A stretch of DNA of 64,000 nt from Octopus sinensis (GCF_006345805.1 NC_043000.1:126108001-126172000), one strand, 5' to 3'; positions 49,136 to 63,580 are shown, counted from the stretch's first letter. The notes: a model not told the origin generated them from the letters alone. A program made the numbers and translations.

Positions 49136-49321
49136 ATGTGACAATTATTCAGTAGCCATGATAAAACTTCGAGTTTCGAATGCCGAGGTGGAAATCCACG
49201 TCGCCATCTCTTCAGTTACCTGGCCATCGGACTGAAGAGATGGCAGCATGGATTTCCACCTCGGCATCCGAAACTCGGAGTTTTATCATGGCTACCAAAT
49301 AATTGTCACATTACTTTTACA
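49136..49321. repeat. foldback palindrome (81-bp arms 49136-49216 / 49231-49311); left arm continues at 48624-48633 beyond the Helitron
   Basis: The arms are reverse complements with a few mismatches around a 14-nt loop. TACTTTTACA (49312-49321) pairs with TGTAAAAGTA (48624-48633). Confidence 0.9.
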
Positions 49322-50476
49322 GATAAATTCCTCTATTTACATAATATCGAGGTCTCTTTCATTCTTTTGTTGTCTTACCATTTTTATCAATATATATATA
49401 TATATGAATATATCATTGTTTAACATTTGTTGTCTATGTTGGCATGGGTTGGATGGACATATTATATATATATATAAGTTCAGCCTTACTAGTACAGTTT
49501 TAAAATACTAAAAACACTTTCTCCTGACATTCCTACGCATTGTATATACTATTATTTTCAATAAATACTATGACGCTCAGCTCAGTCATTTCCTGAAGCA
49601 GTTTGACTGTTACATTAAAATCACTGACAGTGTACAACAATACTGCTGGCATGTTTTATCGACATGTTTATGTAAACAAATTCAAATTTGGCCTGAAGCA
49701 AATGAAATTAAAATTAAATTCAGTGTAAACGAAATCCAGCCAGAGATAACATTCGAAAATTTTTTTTCTCTTTTATTTCTTTTTTTTTATTTATTTTATA
49801 TATATATTTTTGACATTTTCAGCTTTCCACTGGGATTTCAATTCAGCTAACAATAAAGTAGTATAAATTGTAAATTCCTTACCAATAGCAATACATATTT
49901 TAGAGATTCTTAAATACGAAGCATAACAAAACATAAATATACATATACACAAATAACACCCATGTAGACATATATATGTATATTAGATACATACATACAC
50001 ATACACACATGCATGCACACACACCCATATTTAAAAATATGTCTTGAAATTTTACATTCTGGAGCACACAAACAACCACTGTGCCAAGTATCAAATGTAA
50101 GATATATCTAGCAAAGGGGGTTTAGCAACACATAGTGGAAATGAGACATAAAGTATCTAAATTCGCAAACCACTGGAGTGGAAAAGGCATGCAAGTGTTT
50201 GAGTGTTTCTACATAAGAAGGAATGTGTGTATGTGTATGTATACATACAAAATATATGGCCTAGTGGGTAGGGTGTTGCACTCACGATTGCGAGATTGTG
50301 GGTTCGATTCCCAGACCAGGTGTTGCATTGTGTTCTTGAGCAAAGCACTTCATTTCATGTTGCTCTGCGATCATTTCAACATCTGACATGTGGCACTTGT
50401 TGCACCTGTACAGGTAATGCCGAGGGAGTGCAGGTGATGATGGAGGGAGAGAGGGAGTTTATGTCTATACAAGCAT

Positions 50477-50694
50477 TCTTTTACTAGTTTTGGTCATTTG
50501 ACTGCAGCCATGCTGGATCACCGCCTTTAGTCAAGCAAATCGACCCCAGGACTTATCCTTTGTAAGTTTATTACTTAATCTATTGTTCTCTTTTGCCGAA
50601 GCGCTAAGTTACAGGGACATAAACACACCAGCATCGGTTGTCAAGCAATGTTGGAGGAACAAACAAACACAAACATATACACACACGTAGATAG

Positions 50695-50743
<49 letters not shown>

Positions 50744-50918
50744 CATACACACATGCAATGGGCTTCTTTCAGTTTCCATCTACCAAATCAACTCACAAGG
50801 CTTTGATTGGCCCGAGGTTATAGTAGAAGACACTTGCCCAAAGTGCCATGTAGTGGGACTGAACCCGGAACCATGAGGTTGGTAAGTAAGCTACTTACTA
50901 CACAGCTACTCCTGCACC
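50477..50918 (-). mobile_element. major CORE-like SINE
   Basis: Family identity; internal (TA)n/(CA)n. A further copy follows at ~50995-51350. Confidence 0.8.
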
Positions 50919-51960
50919 TATGTTCATTAAGAAATTGCCAAACCCTCATACATCGTCTAATGATGGGAGAGTCCGTCATACAGACAGATACCTTATTTGT
51001 TTTAGTCATTAGGCTGCAGTCATGCTGAGGCACTGCTTTGAGGAATTTTAGTTGAACTAATTGACCCCAGTACTTATTTTCTTTTTTAAGCCTGTTAATT
51101 ATTCTATCAGTCTCTTTTACCAAACTGCTAGGTTACAGAAGCATAAACACACCAACACTGGTTGTCAAGTGGTGGTAGGGGACAAAAACATCCACGACAG
51201 GTTTCTTTCAGTTTCCACCTACCAGATTCACTCAAAACTTTGGTCAGCCCAAAGCTATAGTAGAAGACACTTGCCCAAGGTGTCACACAGTGGGACTGAA
51301 CCCAAAACCATGTGGTTGGGAAGTAAGCTTCTTACAACACAGTCACGTCTGTACCTGTGCGTGTGTGATCATTTAACATCCACTTTTCCACGCTTTCATG
51401 GGTCAGATGAAATTTGAGCCAACTTTTATGTCCAAATGCCCTTCCTGTCACCAACCCTCACCTGCTTCCAAGCAAGGTAATATTTCTTCATGGCCAGGAC
51501 ATGTTCTTTTCACAGAACACTGGAAATGAACAGTGTTGCTTGTATGGTGGTGATGCTCTTTTACAACCATCATAGAACACACACACACAAACAGGCTTCT
51601 TTCAGTGTCTGTTAAACAAATCTGCCCACAAGGCTTTGGCCCACCCAGGGCTATAACAAAAGACATTTGCCCAAAGTCTCGTGTAGTGGAACTGAACTTA
51701 AGATCATATGGTTAGAAAGCAAGCTTCTTAACTACACAGCCACACTTAAACCTATAGACGGTCTACAGAAAACCAAAACTGCTCCAGAAAAATTATGCCA
51801 GCTGCCTAAGGAGGAACAAAAATTAGTAACTAAAAGTATAAACATTTTAATGGCTTTTGTTTTTGTTCTTTTTGTCTTAACCTGGTTTTATCACTGGATT
51901 AAAAATGGCCATGGATGAGAGAACAGGACTGACAGTGCGCATCAGTCTTCTTCACCTTAA

Positions 51961-52179
51961 CCCTTTAGTATTTAAACCGGCCATATCCGGCCAAAATAGT
52001 TAATCTGTTTTATGTTCAAACTGACCAGATCCAGGCTCTCACACCTACCCTACAATGTTATTCTACATTAAGTAATTGCACCATCAAGATCTTGAAGATA
52101 TGAGATAATGCATGATTAATTCAAATCAATGTGAATCAATAGGCTTTATGTTTGATAGAATAATCTGAACACTAAAGGG
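51961..52179. mobile_element. TTAA-flanked piggyBac-like MITE
   Basis: TTAA|CCCTTTAG...CTAAAGGG|TTAA. Confidence 0.8.
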
Positions 52180-52218
52180 TTAAACAAATATCACTGCACA
52201 AGTCATCAGTTATCTTAA

Positions 52219-52438
52219 ACCTTTAGTATTCAGAGTACCCCATCAAATGTAATGCTTGTTTATTTGCATTGTTTTGAATTAATCATGCATTATCTCATAA
52301 CTTTGAGTTTTTGACAATGTGATTGTATATTTTTAGAATGACATCATAAGGTAGATGAGGGAACTGGGATTTGGTCAATTCGAAGATAAAACAGGTAGAG
52401 TATTTGGACCTGATATGACTGGTTTAAATGTTAAAGGG
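52219..52438. mobile_element. same MITE family, opposite orientation
   Basis: TTAA|ACCTTTAG...TTAAAGGG|TTAA; the interior is the reverse complement of 51961-52179, diverged. Confidence 0.7.
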
Positions 52439-54462
52439 TTAAGGATAACTAGATGGTCCTCGTTAATCCAAAAGACAGAGTGAACTCTACAAAAAGCACC
52501 CATGGGACATGTGGCAATGTTAAACTGGGTGATGCATTAATACACCAACTATCAAGAGAAACAATTCTCTTTAACAAGATTCTATTTATGAAGTTTTACT
52601 AAAAAGGCTTTTAGCAATCTGGTATTATGGTAAAAATAAAGACACTAAAAAAAATAAAATAACACTTCACCATGGTACCATGCAATGAGATTGAACCTGA
52701 AACCATACAGGAGCAAATTAAACTTAATATAAGCTATATCTAATGTCAACATAATTATAATTAGGCAGGTGCAATTGTTGCTCAATATGGTTTGTGGAAT
52801 TAAGCATTTATGAAATGAAAAAACAGTGCTGGTTACCATCAAGTCCTCATGTGTTATTGGACCTGACCCTGCACTGCTGATTTCCTCTGTAAAATCAGGA
52901 TAACTGCAGCCCATCTGAGGGATGAGCCTCATGAGATGGGGTGGCTGATACAGTAAATGTCACTGGCCATTCTCTGCAACACCACCATTGCAATTGTGTC
53001 TATAAAGCACAGGTGAATAGGCCATTTGTTCTGGGGTGTACTCTCCACAATCTATTGCTGCTTAATCTCTGCTTTTTGAGGGTTTTTTTTTGTTTTGCTT
53101 GTAATTAAATCAAAATTCAATGTTTATGTAAATAAAACATCTAAAAATAAAAAAAAGTAATCTGTGATAAGAAATCAGTGCATTGTGGATTACATAGGCT
53201 AAAGATCTGGTAATGACATGTAACAGTAAGAGGAACTGATAGTGAATTCACTGCCTCTGTGTGTGTGTATGTGAGAGAGAGAGAGAGAGAGAGAGAGACA
53301 GTGGAGAGGGAGAAAGCAAAACATTTGTAACAGATTTAAACACCAGACTACATCCTGTCAGCAATATTACCTGTATATTATTATGTATTTTGTTAACACC
53401 AGCTCAATGATATTTTTGTTCAGTACTAAAGAAACAGCCAACTTGCTCTCTTAACGAAGGTCAAGGTTTGATTAAACAAAATAAAACAGTCTGAGAGGAA
53501 AAAGGCAAAGTCAGCTACAGCTGAACCTGAGCCCAAAATGTAAAGATGGATGAAGTGCTGCTGAACATTCTCTCCAACTTGCTAATGATTCTGACAGCTC
53601 AGCACCTTAACAACAACATCATCATCATCATTTAGCATCCATTTTCCATGCTGGCATGGGTTAGACAATTTGAGCAGAGCTGGTAAGCCAGAGAGCTGCA
53701 CTAGGCTCCAGTTTGATTTGGCTTGACTTCTACAGCTGGATGCCCTTCCTAATGCCAACCACTCCAAGAGTGTAGTGGCTGCTGACACTGGCCACAATGA
53801 AAATTTACAAGGCCATATCAACAGGGAAAGTGAAAATTTGTTGAAGTCAGTAAAATGTTTAAAAACATTTACCACTACAAAGTTTTGAGATTTAATCATT
53901 CCCAACAATTTTGTGAATTTATTATGATTGCTAATATCAAAAACTTCATCAACGAAACAAGATAAACTAATTACATGGTTGTTTGACCTTTCTTCAAATA
54001 ACAACCAAATCTCTCAAATCACAGCCTAGCATTTAAAAATATAAGATACAAGTTGGATAATGGGGTCATACAGTGCTTGTACATTATCGTCATTTAATGT
54101 CCACTTTCCATGTTGGCATGGGTTGGACGGTTTGACATGAAGCTGTCTAGACTCCAACTGTCTGATGTGACATGGTTTCCACAGCTAGATTCCCTTCCTA
54201 ACACCAACCACTTAACAGTGTGCTGGATGTTTTTTATGTGCCACCAGTACAGGTGCGTCAATCCAGCACCAGCATGGGTGCTTTTTAAGGGGCACCAGCA
54301 GCTGAAAGGACAAGCCTATGAAGGAAAAAATGAGATGGTTACTGATGGAATGCCTGTGACCATGGGTCTGTTCAATCTGGTTTAAACTGGAGTTAAAGAG
54401 TGACAACAACAAAGTCCTTGACGTCAGTTGCTGAACTCAATATAGAAAACCCTTTGTAGTGG

Positions 54463-56634
54463 TCAAATAATTTTAACTTTCATCCCAAAGAGATTCATTG
54501 GATAATATAGTCTTGTGCTCCTTATAGTCGTAGGTTTGACCTGGAGTTAAATAGCATCAACAAGTCATTGACCTGAGTCAATGAAACTCTTGATAAACAA
54601 CAATTACCAATTGAAAAATTCATTAAGACTACCAAATCTCAACCCTGATTAAGCTTATCTGATCAACTTAATAACTTCATATGTAATACTAAGACAGGTT
54701 TTGTTTTAATTATTTATTGGGATTATCCTACTTTATGCTATTTTCTGTTAGTTTTTTTAATGACCACATTTAATGCTTTATTGCAGTTGGTGACACTTAT
54801 TGCCGGCTAATTAGAATAGCTCTCTCTATTGGTAACTCATGGTAAATCAAATAGTTCAGAACTTTTTTAACTTTATCAACTAATTAGTTTCAAATTTTGG
54901 CACAAGGCCAGCAATTCCAGAGAAGGAGGTAAGCTGATGACCTCAGTGCTCAACAGGTATTTATTTTATTGACCCCAAGAGGATGAAAGACAAAACTGAT
55001 CTTGGCAGAATTTGAACTCAGAACATAAAGGTAGACAAAATGCCACTAAACATTTTGCCCAGCATGCTAACCATTCTGCCAGCTTGCCACCTTACCTTTA
55101 TCAACCCATTAGTAATACTCTTGATAAAGTGATAACCATCTTTATTAACAAGCCAATGAGGGAACATCCACAACCTGCTAGAAAGAGCAACCAATACCCT
55201 CTCAGATCACAAGTTGCTAACTTGAAGACAGGAAAACATTAAATCATTTATTTCTAGAGCTGTATCAGTCTCATCAGAATTGAGGCCTTATGAATGCCAT
55301 GCACATAGCCCCTTCCCCCATACCAAACAAATAATAATCCTTTCTACTATATGCACAAGGCCTGGAATTTTGTGAGAGGAGGCTGGTCAATTACATTGAC
55401 CCCCTGTGCACAACTGGTACTTATTTTATTAACCCCAAAAGGAAGAAAGGCAAAGTCGATTTCAGCAGGCTAACCAAAGCCTTGTGAATGGGCTGCTAGA
55501 TAACTGACACTCCATCAGTTATGACGAGGGTTCCAGTTGATCCAATCAACAGAACTGCCTGCTTGTAAAATTTATGTGGAAGTGGCTGGGCACTCCACAG
55601 GCACACATGCCCTTAACCCTTTTGTTACCAACCCGGCTGAAACTGCCTCTGGCTCTGTGGTACAAATGTCTTGTTTTCATAAGTTTTGAATCAAAATCTT
55701 CCACCAAATCTTAATCACAATTTATGTTCCTAACACTAGCTGAATAATAATTAAGAAATATTACTGGTCCCTGGCACATTGGAAAAAAAAATTTGCTGGT
55801 ACACCACATCAGATAGTTTGTTGAGCACTGACCTAGGTTACATAATCCAATGTTGAAGGAAATTTGCCTGCTATTTCTAGCAGGTTGAGCAAGAACACAG
55901 GAGCTACTTGGTTGGTTTACACTATAAATGTAAAAGTTAAATTCTGTCTCTTTAAACAGTCATTTAATCTAGGGTTTCTCAAAGGGGTTCTGTGAGATAA
56001 AATGTCACTGCTGACGCTACCAAAATGAACAATTTTATTAAAGGGACAAAATTGTTACGATTTTTGGATAACTGATGAAAGAAGTGCATGTCCACATCCT
56101 GAGTGTGGTCTATGAAGATATCTATGTTGTAATAAGCTAATTGCCATTGTGAAATCCACTGGAAAACTGTAAGCTGCGTTAGTTTGAAACTCACAATAGG
56201 AGATTCAAATCTAGAAAGTTGAACATTATTATGGCCAAAATCATGGTATACCTATTAGAACTAGGTGATAGAAGCCACAAACACTCAGCAATATCAAAAT
56301 TTAAAGTGCACACTATGGAAGAAGAGGGATGAGAAATCCATGCCATGTTCTCAATACAAAAAAAAACCAGATACATAGACACATATAGGGTAGTAGGATT
56401 GCTGATACATTGGCTGGGGATAATACATATATATATATATATATATATATATTCCTCTGTCTCTCTCTGCATATATATATATATACACACACACACACAT
56501 ACATATAGACATAAACACACACACACATATATACACATACACACACATATATACACACATACACACACATATACACATACACACACACACACACACATAT
56601 ACACATACACACACACACACACACATATACACAT

Positions 56635-56674
<40 letters not shown>

Positions 56675-57263
56675 ACAACAGGCTTCTTTCAGTTTCCGTC
56701 CACCAAATCCACTCACAAGGCTTTGGTCAGCCTGAGGCTATAGTAGAAGACACTTGCCCAAGATGCCACACAGTGGGACTGAACCCAGAACCATGTGGTT
56801 CGTAAGCAAGCTAATTACCACACAGCCACTCCTATGCCTAACTATGAGTAGATAAAGTTGAAGTTCTGAACTATTTGATTTACCATGAGTTACCAATAGA
56901 GAGAGCTATTCTAATTAGCCGGCAATAAGTGTTACCAACTGCAATAAAGCTTCAAATGTGGTCATTAAAAAAAACTAACAGAAAGTAGCATAAAGTAGGA
57001 TAATCCCAATAAATAATTAAAACAAAACCTGTCTTAGTGTTACATATCAAATTATTAAGTAGATCAGATAAGCTTAATCAGGGTTGAGATTTGGTAGTCT
57101 TTATGAATTTTTCAATTGGTAATTGTTGTTTATCAAGAGTTTCATTGACTCAGGTCAATGACTTGTTGATGCTATTTAACTCCAGGTCAAACCTACGATT
57201 ATTAAGAACACAAGACTACATTATCCAATGAATCTCTTTGGGATGAAAGTTCAAATTATTTGA
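54463..57263. repeat. long inverted duplication (54463-54877 / 56851-57263) with ~2-kb spacer
   Basis: ~415-bp arms match as reverse complements at roughly 90%+ by eye. Confidence 0.9.
56426..56676. repeat. compound (TA)/(CA)/(TACA) microsatellite
   Basis: Seen directly; source of several spurious H/T/Y/I/V/C-rich ORFs. Confidence 0.95.
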
Positions 57264-57570
57264 TAAAGTATTTTCTATATCGAGAGTGTCTGGATCTCAT
57301 CTGTTTACTCTCCCTCTCTATTGTACACACACACACAACATAACAGGTTTCTTTCAATTCACATCTACCAAATCCACTCACAAAACTTTGGTCGGCCCGA
57401 GGCTATAGAAGAAGACACTTGTCAAAAATGCTACACAGTGGGACTGAACCCAGAACCATGTGGTCTGAAAGCAAGTTTCTTACCATACAGCAATGCCTAC
57501 ACCTATTTTATTATTTATTACTAAATGTCTTTTCATTGTTTCTGACTTCATAATTTTAATACTTTAAGTG

Positions 57571-57606
<36 letters not shown>

Positions 57607-58212
57607 TTAGAGTGGTTGTATAAAGTCAACATAACGTGACAGTCCCATAGAGGGAATTACACCACCGCTATATAGCCCTAGGAAGCATCGATGCTTCCTG
57701 TTGGCTTTGACACACTTCCTGTGTTCTTATATTTGCAAGCACCCCCCAATATTTCTAATATATATATATATATATATCTGAGTGGAAATATATTTGAAAT
57801 CACTTTAGGTAGTGTTGTAACAAACCGATGAGATTTTCCACCACCTCAGACCGAAATTTTTTTTTTTTTTTAACTATCACTAAGAAAGTGAAGTGCAAAT
57901 TTCTGAAAGAATAAGCAGAGATATCTTTAAGCTGATGTTAAAATACACATTATATTGCAGTCAAGATACAATTTAGACTTTAAATCTGTTACAAATGTTT
58001 TGATTTCTCTCCCTCTTGTACATACTCTATATCAGTAAACATATATATATATATATATACACAAACACACATGACTATTGCTGCTTGGATAATAGAGTTA
58101 TAATGCAACATGGGTATAGGAGTGGAATGTTATCTAAACACCAAGTCTGAAATATCTGGTTAAGTGTACTGCATTAATGCATACCACTGAAAATATATAA
58201 GCACGTACACAC

Positions 58213-58258
<46 letters not shown>

Positions 58259-60189
58259 CACATACATGTGTATACTTATGTATATAACATCATTTAACAT
58301 CCATCTTCCATGCTACCATGGGTTGAATGGTTTCACAGAATATTTTGAGAAGATAGCAGATATGAGAGAGTGTTAAAGATGAGGTATGGCAGCCTCAAGA
58401 TGTAACTCAGGAGAGTTAAAGATAACTGGGAACACAAGAAGGGGTGATCAATGGAAAATAATTGGGAAGGAATGATACTGAGAATAAGCAATGGATTTAA
58501 AAAGGAGGTAGTTCCAGAGAGGGTGATAAGTAGTTGGTTGCACAAAGAGGGATGGAATAGGTGCAGATTCTGCTCTCATATGATTACAGCAGGTGAATAG
58601 TGCTGTAGTTAGAAGAGTGATGGAGGGATGGATGTTAGGAATATGAGAGGTCAGGAAGGCTTAACAGGGAGAGGTTGGGTGCAGTGAGCAGAGAACAGTG
58701 AAACAAAATACAAACATAAGCATAGTGCTTTGAGAACCACACTTTCACTGTGACCCATGCACACGTGCACACACACGTATGTATGTATGTATACATATTT
58801 TAACATTGTATGTCTATAAGAGATGCTATTTCAAAACGAATACTGCAGTTTATTAGGCTTTCAATGATGCGTCTGCTTTAAGTATGATACACAGATTACT
58901 ATTCCAAACTAATACTACTTCTGTCACACACAAATGGTTTTGCACATTATACATACACACACATACTCATAAATAGAAAGACAAGTGAGCATGTTCAAAT
59001 TTCTGAAAAGATACTGTAAACATGTCAAAAGAAATGAAGACCCATAAAAGAATTATATTTATACTATTCTCCATAGAGAAACATTTATATTAATTATAAG
59101 ATCAGAGCTGACAATCTGAAAATCTATAGTATTTTAGGGTAACATTTAAAGTAAGAGAACTATTGACTAACTAAATACTATTAAAATTACTCAGCGTAGG
59201 CTACATTGCTAAATAAGTTTTAAGAAAAAATAAGCTATAAAGGAAATTTATCTAAACATATCATATTTTGGATGCAAAGTGATATTAAGGAAAATATCAC
59301 CATAACTATCACCACAGACAGAAGGAATTAGAACTAATAGGAATGGTGTAAATCTATATATAAAAAAATGTTATTTATATAACTATATTTTGAGAAGTTA
59401 ATTCAGCTGGGTGCTATATAAGTTTCTGTAAACATAAAAAGTATATATGGATTTGATTGTATAAAGTGAGAGCGAGAGGGAGAGAGAGAGGAAGAGAGAG
59501 AAAGTGTGTGTGTGTGTGTGTACCTCTAAGCTTCAAAATATAAATCAATACCAACAGATATGCACATATAAGCATATATACAAAATATAAAATATGCTTA
59601 CAAATATAAATATATACAAAAATATACGCATATATATATATATATATACATACTGGTGCATACAAGCATATGTACACGTGGTGATGCAAACATAAATACA
59701 CATACAAATGCATTTATCTACAAAGATGCCTGCACATCAAGTATAGAATATGTGAACAAGTGAGTTTATGTTAACAAAAAAAAAAGACTTTTTTTGTTAT
59801 GCTTTACATTTGTATATATTCACATTTAAAAAAATGATGCATGCATACAAATGTAAACTTACATACATATCACAATTTTACAAATACATGGATATAAGTT
59901 CATCGTATGTACATATGTGAAAATAAAACTCATGAAATGATACGTATATACAGAGAAAAGAATAAAATATATAAAACATGAGACAGGTAAGCTAATACGA
60001 AGCCTGGTTGACATTTACATATAGAATGTTCAGATAAATGCAAAGACCAATACCAAGTTACAGGATGATATGCAAGTTTATTTGTGCATATGTAATTATA
60101 TAATAGTTGACAACATAAATACAACACTTTCATATAAAAATACAGGTTTACATGGAAGTTGACAATATTTTTGATTATTTGCCATATGT

Positions 60190-60660
60190 AATTCAGATGA
60201 GGACATTAAATGCCGAATAAACAAATCCCGACACTCCTTCAACACCTTGTGACCAATCTGGAGATCAACAGCCCTCTTACTCCACAAGATCTGGATCTTC
60301 AACACAAATGTTAAGTCAGTTCTACTTTATGGCTCAGAAACATCCTTAACATCAGGTGCCCAGAGAACACAAGCCTCAATTGAGACAGATATCAAGAAAC
60401 AAAAATGGGGATGGATAGGCCACCTGCTACGAAAGCCTGCACCAAATGTCACCAAGCATGCTCTTGACTGGAACCCACAAAGGAAACGAAAAGTGGACCA
60501 ACCAAAACAGTCTTGGCACAGGAGTGTCGACGCAGAGGTGAGGGCAGCAAAATTGATGTGGGATGAGCCAAAGAGGATTCCCCAGAACCACATCCATTGC
60601 AAAAATATGTTGTTGTGGCCCTATGTTCTCTGCAGAATCAAGAGACCTAAGAAGAAGAAT
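60190..60660 (+). mobile_element. RTE LINE 3' fragment with internal deletion
   Basis: SDEDIKCRINKSR..IFNTNVKSVLLYGSET [deletion] KKQKWGWIGHLLRKPAPNVTKHALDWNPQRKRK..PKQSWHRSV; ends in a short (GAA)n. Confidence 0.85.
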
Positions 60661-61240
60661 TGTTGTCACAAGCCATTCACACTTTTGTAAACTTATCTGC
60701 CCATCCATCCTTTCTGATCCTCTATCCCAATTCTTTCATATTCACCTTGTGCTTTGAGGGTACACCCTTGTTTCTTTCTCTCCAACAGGGGAAGCCATGT
60801 GTCTCCTCTTCAGCAAAATACATTCTTTTCTGTCTATCATATTTTAACCTCGCACGGCATAACGCCACCTACCTCTACACCACAGCCCACTCAGTTGAGG
60901 AGTCTTGTCTTGCAAGTTACTTGGTGACCTTACTAGTGCTGGTGACGTAAAAAAAAAGAGCACCAGTACATGCTGTAAATGGTAGGCATGAGGAAGGATA
61001 TCCATCTGTAGAAATCATACCAAAGAAGATAGGGTTTAGTACAGTCCTCTGGCTCATCAGCTCCTATCGAACTGCCCAACTCTTAGCAACATGGAAAACA
61101 CATGTTAAACACTGATAGTGATGTTGAAATATATATATATATAATATATTTCACAATTATTCAGTTGATTTAGTAATACTAAATTGAATTTTTCCCTGTA
61201 AGTTTGGAATAATATTCCCTAATATTATAATTTTATATAT

Positions 61241-61635
61241 ACTCTTTTACTCTTTTACTTGTTTCAGTCATTTGACTGCGGCCATGCTGGAGCACCGCCT
61301 TTAGTCGAGCAAATCGACCCCGGGACTTATTCTTTGTAAGCCCAGTACTTATTCTATTGGTCTCTTTTTGCCGAACCGCTAAGTGACGGGGACGTAAACA
61401 CACCAGCATCGGTTGTCAAGCAATGCTAGGGGGACAAACACAGACACACAAACACACATATATATATATACATATATACGACGGGCTTCTTTCAGTTTCC
61501 GTCTACCAAATCCACTCACAAGGCATTGGTCGGCCCGGGGCTATAGCAGAAGACACTTGCCCAAGGTGCCACGCAGTGGGACTGAACCCGGAACCATGTG
61601 GTTGGTTAGCAAGCTACTTACCACACGGCCACTCC
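61241..61635 (-). mobile_element. young major CORE-like SINE
   Basis: CpG-rich, nearly identical to 63581-63991. Confidence 0.85.
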
Positions 61636-63580
61636 ATATATATTATTTATATATATATAAACCACATGCAACAGTTTCTAATTATATGGGGACTAGGGAT
61701 TAATATCATAGTTTCAACTGTTAAACCATTAAAAACCTGTACATAAGGAATACAGTAATAAAAGAATGAAGGGTAATGCAAGTGCCTATTATTCCTTTAT
61801 CATTCTAAAACCAAAAATTTCTTAACCAATTAAATATACTGACATTTAGAATCAATAAGAAAAAGAAAGCGGGTATTTTACAAGACATGGTTATCTACTC
61901 ATAATTTGTAAGTCTTTAATAATACTTTTTGAGTTTTAAAAGTGTAGTGTTGGCAAAAGGGAATTATTGCAGGATGTATAATTTTAGTTTAGAGAATAAA
62001 ATCTCATATAACTCATCAGTGCAAAGTTGACAAGGTTTATTCATGTTTTGGTATGGTTTCATATAGTTTTATATGTGAGAAAATTTTTCAAGAGATATAG
62101 CACTACAGGCTTTCAATTTCCAAAATTCTTCAGCTGAGGAAGTCATGTCTCGGGAAAAAGAGTTATTCCATGCTAGCATGGAAAACGGACGTTAAACAAT
62201 GATGATGATGTGAAGGTTAAATCTACTTTTGAACGAGTTTGCAATTAATCTAATATATAAAAGAAAAACAGTATGAGAGTGTAAGAAGGAGCAATTGACA
62301 AGATATGGTAGTGGGGGATGGGAAATATAAGTAGCACAAAGAACTATTTCTTCAACAAGATTTTATTGTTTTCACTATAGAGGGAATGTGTTTCTACACC
62401 TTAAATTGCAATTATTTGCATTATTAGCAACAGGTATTTGATTCAGTTTTGCATAGTTGGAATTTGCTATAACTGGTGGGAAGTTATTGAAGGTAGAGCA
62501 AATTTTTGTGCTTTCATTTAGTATCTTGAAGTGATTGTGGTCACATTTTTGTGAAAGCTGAAAAAAAGATCTTTGCTATAAAGGCTTAAATTCATAGGCT
62601 TTATGGCAAATTGTACCATATTATTCTCCTTTTCCAATTTGTGTGTGTGTGTGTACAAAATCAAACACAAGGTATGTGTGTTGTTAGTTCATGGGTCAGC
62701 TGTGGTTTTTAGGCATAAGAGAACATATTCTCTATGTGCCTGGTGTTAAAAATACCCAAAAGTAAGTCATAGTCAAGCGAGACACATTGACCCCTTCTTG
62801 GAGTGACAGATATCGATGTTTTGTCATTGATTTGACATCAATGCCACATACTGAACAAGGCTTGTCGCAAGCCATATTGTTAACCATGACTATATGCTAA
62901 ATGGTTTAAACACCATCTGCTGGAATATCTCAACATTTCATGTCATGGAAAAAATTCAAATATGAATTAGATGCAGCTCAACACACACATATGTATGTGA
63001 GTGAGTATAAAATCATTTCCATGTGTTTTCGATGTTATGGGCTAACCACGTCACCATGGTCAGAGCCACTCCCCACTGGGAGCTTCTGCTCTAAAGTCTA
63101 GATGCTCATATATGTCACTTGACGTTTTCTATGGTTGGATGCCCTTCCTAACACTAACTACTTTACAGAGTATAGTTAGTGTTTTCTCAGAGCACCAGCA
63201 TTGAGAAGTTAACTTGTCCTCAGTGAGACAACTGGAGGAACCTCATAACCCCTACACTTTTCCAGCTCATATAGCAAACCACTTAATAGGGTAAAGAGTA
63301 GACGGAACAATGGCATCAAGGAAGCTAGAAGTGGGTAATTGAAAGGAGAGAGAGAGAGAGAGAACAATGACATGAGAAAGATCAGAATGAGTGAGAAAAA
63401 CAAGAGTATGATCTGATAGGAGGTATGTAGAGGTGGTTTTGGTGTCAGGTAGAAAGAGATTAGCAATGGCAAAAGTGGAAGATTTTTTTTTATAATATAT
63501 CATCATCATCATTTAACACTTGTCTTCCATGCTGGCATAGGTTGGACGATTTGACAGGAACGGTGTGTGTGTGTTTCTAT

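Noticed and set aside
51667-51918. ORF with a transmembrane-like end (ILMAFVFVLFVLTWFYHW)
   Set aside because: It starts inside a SINE, and the hydrophobic stretch comes from a T-rich low-complexity tract.
56191-56743. Long His/Thr/Tyr or Val/Cys ORFs
   Set aside because: Translations of a compound microsatellite.
58330-58740. Possible LINE 3' remnant (similar purine-rich blocks at ~40220-40560 and ~63200-63480)
   Set aside because: Too degraded to assign by eye.
62069-62133. Possible terminal exon (EEFWKLKACSAISLEKFSHI*) of a third, minus-strand gene
   Set aside because: Only 20 codons and an acceptor-like site next to an RTE fragment; insufficient evidence.
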